Below are positions 35,533 to 46,022 of a stretch of 64,000 bases of DNA, piece by piece (the first letter of the stretch is position 1; the number at the start of each line of letters is the position of its first letter). The DNA is taken from assembly GCA_022821495.1 (NCBI GenBank), contig JAJEDN010000078.1, positions 30,612 through 94,611 on the forward strand, in the 5' to 3' direction. Position numbers and translations under genes: made by a program. This DNA is from Candidatus Poribacteria bacterium. Its GTDB lineage: Bacteria; Poribacteria; WGA-4E; WGA-3G. The notes beneath the pieces are model-generated. The model searched no databases, was not told the DNA's origin, and saw only the letters and a program-made list of their open reading frames with translations.

Positions 35533-36408
35533 ATGCCATACTACGATGAAATCTTCAAGCATGTTACCGGGGAGTTCCCGCATGCGTTGGCAGTGTTAGC
35601 ACTCAAAGCACCAGAGGTGGAAGTCGGAGATCGTCTGGCGACAGAACACACCACGGTTCGGATACACCACAGCGATATGACGTTTCATATCCGATTGCCC
35701 GACGAGGAAGCGATCCTACATATAGAGGCACAAACCGACGATAGCACCTATAAACCGATGTCGCTACGAATGCTGGCATATTCGAGTTTCCTATCTCTTG
35801 AGCATGAGAAAAACGTCTATTCAACGGTGTTGTATTTCCGCCCCCCGGCGGGACAAAACGACCCCGGTTTCTATAGGTATGGCAACGAGCAACGTGGTGG
35901 CGGGTGGTTTCAGTATAATGTCGTCCGGATATATGAGTTGGAGGGTGAAGCGTTTTTGGATCCTAAAGCCGTTGGTTTACTGCCATTCACAGCTTTGATG
36001 AAACATCCGCCGGACATGACACCTCAAGCCTGGATTGAGAAGTGTATAGAGACGACCCAGGCAACCGATGTTGACAGAGAGATGCGGGCAACGCTTTTAT
36101 TTGCGCTTTCGCTTTTCGGAAGTTTAGCACATCCGTCTGAGTTTTTTCAGGACCCTATATTGGAGGGAATCATGCAAGAATCTCCTTTTTACGAACGCGT
36201 GATCCAGCGCGGCATAGAACAAGGGGCACGCCAAATGAGTATTGAAAGCACCTTGGCTACTCTTAACCAGCGCTTTCCAAACGCCGATGTCAATGCCCTC
36301 AAGCCGATCCTTGAAGCTGTTGACGATCTCAACAGGCTCCGGGAGTTGAACCTAAACGCTTCCGTAGCAGAAAGTTTCAACGTTTTCCGAGAAGACTTAG
36401 ACGCGTAA
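35533..36408 (+). mobile_element. Rpn-family (YhgA-like, PD-(D/E)XK) recombination-promoting nuclease / putative transposase gene
   Basis: N-terminal DEIFKHVTGEFPHALAVLAL, core HIEAQTDD...RMLAY, C-terminal SPFYERVIQRGIEQGARQ half-repeat typical of the family. ATG at 35533 (ORF open from the TTG at 35497). Flanked by a 66-bp direct repeat. Confidence 0.7.
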
Positions 36409-36413
36409 TCTAT

Positions 36414-36480
36414 GAGAGGTTATGTGTCCATAGCTGGTAAACTTACGACGAAGTGGGGCGATTTGAAACTGCAGGAGTAA
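36414..36480. repeat. Right copy of the direct repeat. Encodes an alternative WD40-protein tail (RGYVSIAGKLTTKWGDLKLQE-stop)
   Basis: gagaggttatgtgtccatagctggtaaacttacgacgaagtggggcgatttgaaactgcaggagtaa. Confidence 0.8.
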
Positions 36481-36546
36481 TGGGAGTGTTTCATTATTCA
36501 TGGTGGAAACTTCGTATCGTCGAAAATTCAGTTGCCGGAAACGCTG

Positions 36547-36590
36547 CATTGTAGCATAGGCTGTTAGCCTGTGCCTCCGTGGGCATAGGA
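36547..36590. repeat. R5 dispersed element, copy 2
   Basis: gcattgtagcataggctgttagcctgtgcctccgtgggcatagg. See 11725-11760. Confidence 0.5.
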
Positions 36591-36619
36591 AACCGTTGGT
36601 CTCCTGTGCCTCTAATTAC

Positions 36620-38002
36620 CTAAAACCGCTTAAGATAAATATCGCCGTTGTCTTCCTGTGTGTTACTCCAAACAACCACCCACCCCCCTTGCCCGACAGA
36701 TACCACAAACGGTGGATAGTGCTCACCTTGGCTCGTAGAGATAGCCACCCCGTCTTTATCCCACAACAGTTTACCTTCTAAATCAATAAGCTGCCCATAG
36801 ATAGCATCGCTGCTCTCCTCACCGAAGTCTTCTCGGTAATCCAACCACGCTACAAAAAATTGACTGTTCTCGGTTTTAACGATAAACGGCTTATCCTGAT
36901 GTCCGCCTGCTGTACAAAGCGGGATACCATCCTGTTCCCAGACCGGCGTACCATCTGCACCGATGTGCTGCATATACAGGTCAGAATAGATATCGCGTTC
37001 ATCTCGCCACACTGCGATGAATCCACCGTTGCCGTCCCCGGTGACCGAGGCGTGCTTCTGAATACCTGAAGCCGTACAGATTGGAACACCCGTCCCTTCC
37101 CATAACTTGCTACCGTCCGCGGCGATCCGTTGTGCATAGAGTTGATCGTTAATAAAATTTTCATAAACCTGCCATAGGACAATAATGCCACCTTCACCAT
37201 CAACAATCACGCGAGGTTCACCTTGCATGCCATTTGCTGGGGAGATGAGAAGCGGTGTATCCCACAACGGTTTCGCGTCTAAACGCAACCGATACGCCAT
37301 GATATGCCACGCATCATAGCCGATAACATCCCACCAAACCACATAGAACCCGCCCAAGCCATCGGCGACCAGAATCGGATCGCTCTGTAGCGATTCCGAT
37401 GGGAAAACAGGAATACCGTTGGATTCCCACATCGGTTCACCTTCCGCAGTAATCCGTTGGATATAGAGGTCTTGGAATTCAGAACTCCGGCGTTCATCTT
37501 CCCAGACGCAGATAGCACCCCCTTCGCCATCGCTCATAAGTGCCTGTGTGGACTGATCTGCTGTATTTATACAAACCGGAATACCATCTGTTTGCCATAG
37601 AATTTTACCATCAAGATCTACTGCTTGAGCATAGATGTCCCAATTGCTTCTGTCGCGTCTGTCGTTCCATACAACAATCGCGTGCTTATCGTGTCGAACC
37701 ATCCGTAAACGGCGTTGATTTCTATCTGCTTGGCATATGACTACACCATTCTCTTCCCAACGTGCTTTTCCAGTGCTATCAACGCGCTGCGCGTAAACGT
37801 CCCAATCTTTCCCGGTACGGTAATCCTCCCACATAATGACAACACCTGCCTCACCATCGTTGACCACCCATGGCAGGAATTGCCCATCTATAGCCGTCGA
37901 AACAGGGATTTCAGATGCTGCGGTACTATAGAACGTGCAGAAAGATACAAGCAAGAGCGCGAACCGGTTGATTAATCTGTGAAAAGTGTTTTTGGCGTCC
38001 AT
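36620..38002 (-). CDS. Secreted tandem-repeat (beta-propeller-like) protein, ~8 repeats of a ~55-aa unit with a W..DG.P.C signature
   Basis: Signal peptide LLLVSFCTFYSTAASE. Repeats such as LWQTDGIPVC, MWESNGIPVF, LWEGTGVPIC, VWEQDGIPLC. Start at 38002 (ORF open to 38047). Confidence 0.6.
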   Translation of the reverse strand: MDAKNTFHRLINRFALLLVSFCTFYSTAASEIPVSTAIDGQFLPWVVNDGEAGVVIMWEDYRTGKDWDVYAQRVDSTGKARWEENGVVICQADRNQRRLRMVRHDKHAIVVWNDRRDRSNWDIYAQAVDLDGKILWQTDGIPVCINTADQSTQALMSDGEGGAICVWEDERRSSEFQDLYIQRITAEGEPMWESNGIPVFPSESLQSDPILVADGLGGFYVVWWDVIGYDAWHIMAYRLRLDAKPLWDTPLLISPANGMQGEPRVIVDGEGGIIVLWQVYENFINDQLYAQRIAADGSKLWEGTGVPICTASGIQKHASVTGDGNGGFIAVWRDERDIYSDLYMQHIGADGTPVWEQDGIPLCTAGGHQDKPFIVKTENSQFFVAWLDYREDFGEESSDAIYGQLIDLEGKLLWDKDGVAISTSQGEHYPPFVVSVGQGGWVVVWSNTQEDNGDIYLKRF

Positions 38003-38469
38003 AAATTGACTAAAGTTCCTTTTGTATACAGATCGAGAGCGTCCCACTGTTGAATCGGAAGTTCAATCTGCGCCAGTGCCGCTGTCGGCATCTGTTCTAT
38101 TTCTCCCGTCAAATGATTCACGAGTTGTTCCATCGTTGGATTGTGCCCAACGACCATGACGCGTTGATATTTATCCGACAGTGCTTGTAATGTTTTGAAA
38201 AAGACACCGGGGACGGTATCATAAAACGCCTCTAACTTTTTCACTTTTCCGGTATAACCGCAGGATTTTGCCACTTTATTCGCTGTTTTCCGAGCACGTT
38301 TTGCCGACGAGGTAAGAATCCGGTCAGGGATCAACCCTTCTTGGCGTAGATGTTTCCCCATCCGTGGCGCATCCCGTTTACCTCGCGAATTGAGCGGACG
38401 ATCATAATCAGAGAGTTCGGGGTGATTCCAACTGGATTTCGCGTGTCGTAGAATAAGAACGGTTTTCAT
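37972..38469 (-). CDS. sixA: Phosphohistidine phosphatase SixA (histidine phosphatase family)
   Basis: VLILRHAKS catalytic RHG-type motif, VMVVGHNPT. Confidence 0.75.
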   Translation of the reverse strand: MKTVLILRHAKSSWNHPELSDYDRPLNSRGKRDAPRMGKHLRQEGLIPDRILTSSAKRARKTANKVAKSCGYTGKVKKLEAFYDTVPGVFFKTLQALSDKYQRVMVVGHNPTMEQLVNHLTGEIEQMPTAALAQIELPIQQWDALDLYTKGTLVNLWTPKTLFTD

Positions 38470-38814
38470 AGTGCCTCCGGCTGTGTTCCTTGTTCTTTCT
38501 CATATCCTATCACAATAGCGTTGGGATGTCAATTCAGGACTATCTAATTTTTCATCCCGATTTGATCATATATCACGCCCGCAGTCAATGTTGACTTCAC
38601 AACAAGCCCCAAATCCGCGCAATCCGTGTGATCCGTGATTCAGAAAAAAGGAACAACCCATCATAGAACACGCCTCAATTCAAACTTTTGAAAAATTTTG
38701 TCTTGCATTCTCAAGGCTTTTGTGATAATATTTTAACGAAGGGTTTGTCAACGCTTTTGGCGATGTATCCGTTACAGAGTCTAAATGCAATTTAAACTCT
38801 GGAGGGCCAGATAC

Positions 38815-39609
38815 ATGTTATCCAAAATTGACAAAATTCTCGCTATACTCTTAGCTGCACTGTTATTCGGTGGGATCAGCGGGTGTTATATTGATGGTGA
38901 TGATACCGATGAAGAGCCACCTGCCGTGCCTCGCGGGGTCAGAACAATTACAGGTGATGAGCAGGTTATTATTGAATGGTATCCTAACGGTGAATACGAC
39001 TTAGCAGGTTATCAGGTGTGGCGCGGACAAGATGACACCAATTTTGACCTGCTGGCAGAGATATCAGAAAACACAACCCGCTATGTAGATAAAACTGTCC
39101 GAAACGGTGAAACCTACTATTACGCCGTTTCCGCGTATGACGTTGACGGAAATGAAAGCGAACTGAGTCCCGAAGACGCTTGGGATACGCCGCGACCAGA
39201 AGGACGGAATATTACCCTTGATGACTACGCACTTGCGCCGGGAAGAAGCGGGTTTGATTTTTCGAGACCCGAAAAGGGCAGTGTCCCCTGGGACAGTCCG
39301 GCAACTGATATCTATTTTGGGCTTGATACTGAAATCGGCGTTACCTATCTTTATTCCGATAACGAAACGTTCATGCAGGATTTAGGGTATCACGAGCATT
39401 TCGATGCCGTTGATGTTGTGCCAGATATGGGGTATACAACGCTGTTTGTTGAACTCCTTGAAGGGCATGTCTATGCCATCAATACACCCGATAACAACTA
39501 CGCAAAGATTCATGTGCGCGAACTTTATGATGATGCTGTTGTTTTCGATTGGGCATATCAGACCGATCCCGAAAACGTACAATTAGCACCATCGCTCAAG
39601 CGTCCTTGA
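38815..39609 (+). CDS. Lipoprotein with fibronectin type III domain
   Basis: ggaggg RBS. Lipobox LFGGISGC. FN3-like EWYPNGEYDLAGYQVWRG...YYYAVSAYDVDGNES. Confidence 0.65.
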   Translation: MLSKIDKILAILLAALLFGGISGCYIDGDDTDEEPPAVPRGVRTITGDEQVIIEWYPNGEYDLAGYQVWRGQDDTNFDLLAEISENTTRYVDKTVRNGETYYYAVSAYDVDGNESELSPEDAWDTPRPEGRNITLDDYALAPGRSGFDFSRPEKGSVPWDSPATDIYFGLDTEIGVTYLYSDNETFMQDLGYHEHFDAVDVVPDMGYTTLFVELLEGHVYAINTPDNNYAKIHVRELYDDAVVFDWAYQTDPENVQLAPSLKRP

Positions 39610-39626
39610 TCACAGGAGTGAACTTC

Positions 39627-40343
39627 ATGAAAAAAAATAATGAGGCACCACAGATGTCGCCTCTGTTTTACATGCTTCTTACGTTTATACTCTTTCTCAG
39701 CATTGGGTTCGTTGGCGTAACCGCCGAAACCACAACGGAGGAGACGCATACGGCTACTGAGACGGAATCTGATACTGCGAATCAGAAACCTCAGCCACTT
39801 GCTTCCCGTTATACGGAACCTAATGCTGCGAATCAGAACGCCCGACTATTTGTTCCCGGTTATATAGATGAACCTGAGATAGAACCTAATTACCCACTAT
39901 ATCGATCGCATCCAGAGCGGTACTACCCGGAACTTGATAGCCAAAAAGCACAGCGTCTATCGACTTTTATGCCCGGATTAGGACAGGCTTACGCTGGTAA
40001 TTACACAAAGGCAACCGTCTTCCTCACCGTTGAATTGGGCACTTTCGCGCTCGCTGGATATAATATCGCGCGCGCACTGCATTACAACGAACAAAGCGTG
40101 TTTGAGACGGGATTCCAAGATGCCCGAACTGGTGAATTCTTGACATACGACCAAGGGCGAACCCGCATGAAAAATCATGTCTTCTTTAGTGGTCTTTTCC
40201 TCGCAACAGGCATCGGGATCCATATCTGGAATATCCTTGACGCACCTAAGACCGCCGAAGCGTATAATAATCGAAGATTCTCGCTGCAGGTGCAACAAAC
40301 AGATAGTGGCTTTCAATCTCTGGTTTTCACGCATAGATTTTAA
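39627..40343 (+). CDS. Secreted/membrane protein of unknown function (possible DUF5683-like)
   Basis: caggag RBS. N-terminal hydrophobic segment. MPGLGQAYAGNYTKATVFL motif. Confidence 0.5.
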   Translation: MKKNNEAPQMSPLFYMLLTFILFLSIGFVGVTAETTTEETHTATETESDTANQKPQPLASRYTEPNAANQNARLFVPGYIDEPEIEPNYPLYRSHPERYYPELDSQKAQRLSTFMPGLGQAYAGNYTKATVFLTVELGTFALAGYNIARALHYNEQSVFETGFQDARTGEFLTYDQGRTRMKNHVFFSGLFLATGIGIHIWNILDAPKTAEAYNNRRFSLQVQQTDSGFQSLVFTHRF

Positions 40344-40393
40344 AACGGTTGTGGAAAATTTTTCATATCAACGCCAATTGCGAGGACAAAAGC

Positions 40394-41161
40394 GTGCGTT
40401 ATGCAAAATACCTGATTTTTACACTGCTCTTAGTTGGGAACATTGCTTTCAGCGATGATTCCATATCTCTTGTCGATGTAGAGGATATCGTTCCGAACCC
40501 CCTCCGAGTTGGTGAAAAATTAACCTATGATATTCGTTGGAAAAAATTGCCCGCAGGGAAACGAACAGACTCGATTCTAAAAAAAGAAGTCGTGAACGGA
40601 AAGGATGTTTATCATATCCAATCTGAAATGAAAACCCGATCGCTTTTCAGAGTCTATAGCTTCCGAAATCAGCAAGAAATGTATTTTGATCCAATGACGC
40701 TTTCGCCTGTCCGTTTTGAGAACCATGTGCAGGATCGAAAATATCGAGCTACCGTCAAAATTGATTTCCGTGAAGGTGAAGCGGGATATGAAAAAATCTC
40801 TCGTTTGAAACCCAAATCGCCGCAGAAGCGTGAAGCAAAAGTGATAGAGATACCTGTTGGCACACAGGATGAGTTATCAACGATCTACTTTCTACGTTCT
40901 AAGCAACTTACACTTGGTGGAATTTATTTTTTTCCCGTACTTGCGAAGGGAAAAGTGCATAAGGCGACGTTAACTGTTGAACGGATGGAGTTCGTTAAGA
41001 ATAAGGTATTGGGTCGTGTTAAGACGCTTGTATTGAGATCCTCAAGAGGGGGTCGTTTCTGGATCACAGACGATGCACGGCGGTTACCCGTTAAACTTGA
41101 GTTTGACAGCAAAATGGGAACAGTAAAAGCCACTTTATCAGAGATTGAACCTGAAAATTAA
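40394..41161 (+). CDS. DUF3108-like secreted protein
   Basis: GTG start after gagga. GEKLTYDIRWKKLPAG start of the conserved region. Signal peptide. Confidence 0.5.
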   Translation: MRYAKYLIFTLLLVGNIAFSDDSISLVDVEDIVPNPLRVGEKLTYDIRWKKLPAGKRTDSILKKEVVNGKDVYHIQSEMKTRSLFRVYSFRNQQEMYFDPMTLSPVRFENHVQDRKYRATVKIDFREGEAGYEKISRLKPKSPQKREAKVIEIPVGTQDELSTIYFLRSKQLTLGGIYFFPVLAKGKVHKATLTVERMEFVKNKVLGRVKTLVLRSSRGGRFWITDDARRLPVKLEFDSKMGTVKATLSEIEPEN

Positions 41162-41219
41162 AACAATAATAAACATTTTGTGGTCTTAGAACCCCCAGTA
41201 ATAGGTCAAGGAAGAAGTA

Positions 41220-44200
41220 GTGATAGAGCTTTTACGTAAAACGGAAAATTATCAAACACTCGTGGCGCGCCTCAAAGACGGCAAGAAGCTTCCTTGGATC
41301 AGAGGATTGGCAAACGCATCGACTGCGTATTTTTTGGCGACCCTGATTGATGACTTCCCGAAAAAATCCTTTCTAATTGTCCTACCCTCACAGCGTGAAG
41401 CCGAACAGGTGATGGCGGAAATCTGTACATATCGCGCCTACCCGACTTTAGAAACGGCACCCACTACTGACGCACAGTCAGAAATTAATCTGTTTCCCGG
41501 TTGGAACCGAAAAATTTTCGATGGCATTGCGCCACTCAAGAGCACGGTCGTGGATCGGATTCGGTGTCTGGAGCACCTAATCCAAGGAGAACGAAGTGTC
41601 GTTGTAACCACAAGCCAGGCGATGCTTTACAAGCTGCCGCGACCGCAGCGTTTTGCCGCCGCTTGTTGTCAACTTAATCTTGGCGGTGAGGCGGACCCAG
41701 ACGATGTCGCTGCGATGCTGATCCGTGGCGGGTACCAGAGCGTCGAATTAGTAGAGGTTAAAGGTGAGTTCGCACGTCGAGGGGACATCCTTGATGTCTA
41801 TCCACTCACAGCTGAGGTCCCCGTGCGAATTGAATTTTTCGGAGATGAAATCGATACAATCCGCACTTTTGATCCAATATCACAACGCTCAACAAAATCG
41901 CTTGAATCCGTCACTTTTACACCCCTGCGAGAAATCCTTTTCGATGACATATCAGTTGAGCATTGGCAGGCCCAGGTAGATACACTTACGCAGGCACACG
42001 CAACGCCACAACTCGTAAATGCTGTTCGGAAAATAACGGATAGTTTGACAAAAGCAGCAACCTCCCAATACCCGCTTCAAGAATCTCCGATTAATGATGC
42101 AATAAAGGCATTCTTTCCAATGCTTGTTCCGGAAACCGGGACGCTTACTGATTATCTATCGGAAGATACACTTGTCTGTTTAATAGAGCCGCAATGGCAA
42201 AAACGAGAAGCGTCACAGATGTACGAACAGATGCAAGAGTTACATGAAAAAAAGCTCACAGAATCAACGCTGATGGTGCCACCAGAGCAGCTCTTAACAC
42301 CCTATGAGACGCTTAGCACCGAGTTAGAGAGGTATCCTGTTGTATCATTGTCTTTGGCACCCCCGCGTGAGGTCGTAGACAGTAAATTGACGCTATTGGA
42401 TTTCGGGATGAAACCGCTCGCACTGCCAGCAGGGAACTATCAAACTGTCATTGATCAGGTTAAAACATGGGCAGAGAAAGGAAATCAAGTTCATCTCTTC
42501 TGTGAAACACCACAGCAATCGAAGCGAGTGACTGAAATTTTAACCGAGCGCGAATTGTCGCCCACAGATATTGACATCAGTGTCGGCGCAATCAGTAGTG
42601 GATTTCACAACGAAGCACTAAATCTCATTGTTATTTCTGAGGATGAACTCTTCGGGAACCGCCAGCACCGCCCAACCCGACGCCGTCCACCTGCAGACGG
42701 GACACCCATCCTAAGCCTGATTGATCTGAAAGCTGGGGACTATGTCGTCCATGTTTCTCACGGTATCGCTGTTTATGAAGGGATACGTCGGTTGGATCTT
42801 GATGGCAAATCTCAGGATTTTCTTGTGCTCAAATACAGTCATGATAATACCCTCTACGTACCGACGTATCAAGTAGATCTCGTTCAGAAATACGTGGGGA
42901 GCAAAGACAACGCATATAAACCTCGCGTGGACCGGCTCGGTGGCGCATCCTGGCAACGACGAAAGGAACGGGCCAAGCAGTCGGTTGAACAGATGGCAGA
43001 TGAACTCCTCAATTTATACGCGCTTCGGCAGGCGCGAAAAGGATACGGTTTTCCGTCGGAGGTGCCGTGGCAAACTGAATTTGAAGCACTCTTCCCTTAT
43101 CAGGAGACCGATGACCAACTCCAAGCAATTGAGGACGTTAAAGCGGATATGGAAAATGAACGTCCAATGGATAGACTTATCTGTGGAGATGTCGGGTACG
43201 GCAAAACAGAGGTCGCTTTGCGGGCTACCTTCAAAGCCGTTATGTCCGAAAAACAGGTAGCAGTGCTTGTCCCTACAACGATTCTCGCACTCCAGCACTA
43301 TGACACCTTTGAAAAACGGTTTCAGTCTTTCCCAGTCCATGTTGAGATGTTGAACCGATTCCGTACACCGAAAGAAATAAAACAGATTAAAGAAGGATTG
43401 GCGGATGGGACGGTTGATGTCGTTATAGGGACGCATAGCCTACTTTCTAAGACTGTGAAATTTGACAATCTGGGGCTTTTGGTCGTTGATGAAGAGCATC
43501 GCTTCGGCGTTAAGCATAAGGAGAAGATTAAACAGTTCAAAGAGACTATTGACGTGCTTACATTGACGGCTACACCGATTCCTCGGACACTCCACATGTC
43601 GCTTGTCGGTATCCGAGATTTTAGTATTATCAATACACCACCAGCAGATCGATTGCCGATTCAGACGCATGTTATGCCTTATGATAGTGATGTCGTCCGG
43701 GAAGCGATCACAACAGAATTAGCCCGCGATGGACAGATCTTTTTCGTTCATAACCGCGTTGAAAATATCCAGAATATTGCGTTAACGCTTCAACAACTCC
43801 TACCGGATGCGCGAATTGCTGTCGCACATGGGCAGATGCCGGAACGCGAATTAGAGACCGTTATGTTGGAGTTCGTCCGCCATAAACACGACATCCTCGT
43901 TTGTACGATGATTATTGAATCAGGTCTGGATATCCCGAACGTTAATACGATCCTGATTAATCGAGCGGATGCGCTCGGTTTAGCGCAACTTTATCAGTTG
44001 CGCGGGCGCGTCGGACGCGCGACTACGCAAGCTTACGGTTATCTATTCTATCCGCAAGACCGAGCGATTACTGAAGGTGCTCAAAAACGGCTGCGGGTCA
44101 TCGAGGAATTCACAGATCTCGGTTCAGGTTTTAAAATAGCACTCCGGGATTTGGAAATTCGCGGGACAGGGAACATACTCGGCGCGGAACAGCATGGACA

Positions 44201-44729
44201 TATTGTTACTGTCGGTTATGAACTTTACTGCCAACTCCTTGAGGAAGCAGTGATGGCACTGAAAGGCGAGAAAATTGAGGAAACCTTTGAAACACGGATC
44301 AGTCTACCTGTTGAAGCCTATTTGCCAGACGACTATGTTCCAGATAGCCGTCAGAAAGTTTCCATCTATAAAAAAATTGCCGGTTTGAAGAACAACGAGG
44401 CACTGAAGGAACTCCGTGAAGAACTTCGGGACCGGTACGGTACGATTCCAGAACCTGCTGAGATGTTACTTGAGATTGCCAATGTGAAGCAACTCAGCCA
44501 AAACCTCGGCATAACTGCTATTGTCGCCGGGAAGGAACAGGTAAAGGTTACCTTTAATGAGCAGAAACCTCGAATTAATGTGAAGAAATTCATTGATATA
44601 ATCCACCAAAACGATAACCTCCAGCTCCAACCACCGGCGCAACTTAAAATTCAGATGCCCGGAATAACGGGGGTAAATGTATTAACCGAATTACAACGGA
44701 CCCTTAAATTGTTTGTTGCCTCATCGTAA
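41220..44729 (+). CDS. mfd: Transcription-repair coupling factor Mfd
   Basis: 1169 aa. UvrB-homology N-terminus. RID region. DEAD/DEAH helicase motifs GDVGYGKTEVALRA, DEEHRFGV, TATPIPRT. TRG motif. C-terminal D7 domain. Confidence 0.9.
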   Translation: MIELLRKTENYQTLVARLKDGKKLPWIRGLANASTAYFLATLIDDFPKKSFLIVLPSQREAEQVMAEICTYRAYPTLETAPTTDAQSEINLFPGWNRKIFDGIAPLKSTVVDRIRCLEHLIQGERSVVVTTSQAMLYKLPRPQRFAAACCQLNLGGEADPDDVAAMLIRGGYQSVELVEVKGEFARRGDILDVYPLTAEVPVRIEFFGDEIDTIRTFDPISQRSTKSLESVTFTPLREILFDDISVEHWQAQVDTLTQAHATPQLVNAVRKITDSLTKAATSQYPLQESPINDAIKAFFPMLVPETGTLTDYLSEDTLVCLIEPQWQKREASQMYEQMQELHEKKLTESTLMVPPEQLLTPYETLSTELERYPVVSLSLAPPREVVDSKLTLLDFGMKPLALPAGNYQTVIDQVKTWAEKGNQVHLFCETPQQSKRVTEILTERELSPTDIDISVGAISSGFHNEALNLIVISEDELFGNRQHRPTRRRPPADGTPILSLIDLKAGDYVVHVSHGIAVYEGIRRLDLDGKSQDFLVLKYSHDNTLYVPTYQVDLVQKYVGSKDNAYKPRVDRLGGASWQRRKERAKQSVEQMADELLNLYALRQARKGYGFPSEVPWQTEFEALFPYQETDDQLQAIEDVKADMENERPMDRLICGDVGYGKTEVALRATFKAVMSEKQVAVLVPTTILALQHYDTFEKRFQSFPVHVEMLNRFRTPKEIKQIKEGLADGTVDVVIGTHSLLSKTVKFDNLGLLVVDEEHRFGVKHKEKIKQFKETIDVLTLTATPIPRTLHMSLVGIRDFSIINTPPADRLPIQTHVMPYDSDVVREAITTELARDGQIFFVHNRVENIQNIALTLQQLLPDARIAVAHGQMPERELETVMLEFVRHKHDILVCTMIIESGLDIPNVNTILINRADALGLAQLYQLRGRVGRATTQAYGYLFYPQDRAITEGAQKRLRVIEEFTDLGSGFKIALRDLEIRGTGNILGAEQHGHIVTVGYELYCQLLEEAVMALKGEKIEETFETRISLPVEAYLPDDYVPDSRQKVSIYKKIAGLKNNEALKELREELRDRYGTIPEPAEMLLEIANVKQLSQNLGITAIVAGKEQVKVTFNEQKPRINVKKFIDIIHQNDNLQLQPPAQLKIQMPGITGVNVLTELQRTLKLFVASS

Positions 44730-44751
44730 AAAACGAAAGGCCAACTCAAAA

Positions 44752-44985
44752 AGACGTGCTACGCGCGTTGTCTAAAGCGCGTAAGCCCAACCAACGGGCG
44801 GGCTGGATATACGGAGATGCACTTTATTTCCGAAACCGTCCTGACTGAACCGCAAGGAACATTAAAAGTATGCTGCGCGCGTTGTCCAAAGCGCGTAAGC
44901 CCAACCAACGGGCGGGCTGGATATACGGAGATGCACTTTATTTCCGAAACCGACCTGACCGAACCGCAAGGAACATTAAAAGTAT
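44752..44985. repeat. 117-bp near-perfect tandem duplication (2 units) covering the RBS and start codon of the first SurA-like gene
   Basis: Units 44752-44868 and 44869-44985 differ at ~5 positions. Each contains GCGCGCGTTGTC[CT]AAAGCGCG and GCCCAACCAACGGGCGGGC hairpins and ends with aaggaacattaaaagtATG. Confidence 0.85.
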
Positions 44986-45952
44986 GAAAAAAGCGATTAC
45001 TCTTTTTTTAATTGTCGCTGTGACTTGCCTATTAACTTGGAAATTCGTTCAATCTGATAGCCACGAGCAGCCCGCGCCTGCTATGGACGAAAGCCAGGTA
45101 ATTTTAGCCGAGTATAAATGGAACGGCGAGTCACATCAAATCTCGTTGGCGGACCTGAACGCCGCAATCGCAGAATTACCTGTTTACCGCCAGCAGAATT
45201 ATGAAGCACGCGCCGACAAAGCCGAGTATCTTGAAGAATTGATAGACGAACGGCTCAAACTGCTTCGCGCAACTGACGATGGGTTTGATAAATCCCTTGA
45301 GCACCTCAAGAAACTTGAAGACTATACGCACCAGCTCATGGTTGAAAAATTAACTGAAGCAGAAGTTGATGCCAAGGTCGTCTACACAGATGAGGATCTT
45401 ATGGCACATTATCAGGCGAACCTGAGTGAATACATTGAGGACGCAAAAGTCCGAGCGATCTGTATCACGCTTGATGATGAAGACCTCGCTAACGAAACAC
45501 TTGATGCTATTAAAGCAGGGAAAGACATTGTTGAGATGGCGAAGGAACTCTCTGAAGCAGGGAAACTCGCTAACGGACCCGGCACTAACCAAGATGATCC
45601 AGGCAATACCTACCTCTTCACAAAAGCCGCCTCTGCACGCTGGACGGAATTCATTGAAACTGTTTTTGACCAAGAAGTCGGCGAAATGACGGATGCTGTC
45701 TTTGAAACCGATGTCAACGACGAAACCTTCTATCTCATCTTCCGTAAGGAGGAGCATCAACCCGAACGACAGCAGGAATTCGATGAAGTTAAAGACGATA
45801 TTCAAAGAACCGTTGAACGCGCAAAGAAACGTGAGCGCATCAATGAATGGGTTACCGAAATCACTGAAAAAGGCAAACTGAAAACCTATCCTGAGAATAT
45901 TCCGGAGCCGCCGAAACCCGAAGAAGCGGAGACCGAAGAATCAGAACAGTAG
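44984..45952 (+). CDS. SurA-N-domain / degenerate parvulin chaperone-like protein (paralog A)
   Basis: Signal/TM ITLFLIVAVTCLLTW. SurA-like N-terminal helical region. Weak PPIase-like C-terminus. Acidic tail. Confidence 0.55.
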   Translation: MKKAITLFLIVAVTCLLTWKFVQSDSHEQPAPAMDESQVILAEYKWNGESHQISLADLNAAIAELPVYRQQNYEARADKAEYLEELIDERLKLLRATDDGFDKSLEHLKKLEDYTHQLMVEKLTEAEVDAKVVYTDEDLMAHYQANLSEYIEDAKVRAICITLDDEDLANETLDAIKAGKDIVEMAKELSEAGKLANGPGTNQDDPGNTYLFTKAASARWTEFIETVFDQEVGEMTDAVFETDVNDETFYLIFRKEEHQPERQQEFDEVKDDIQRTVERAKKRERINEWVTEITEKGKLKTYPENIPEPPKPEEAETEESEQ

Positions 45953-46022
45953 CCTATTCCGATTTTTGGAAGCAACATCTGTGACCATAACGATAGGTCG
46001 AGAAAAGGAGTTAGAATTGAAA

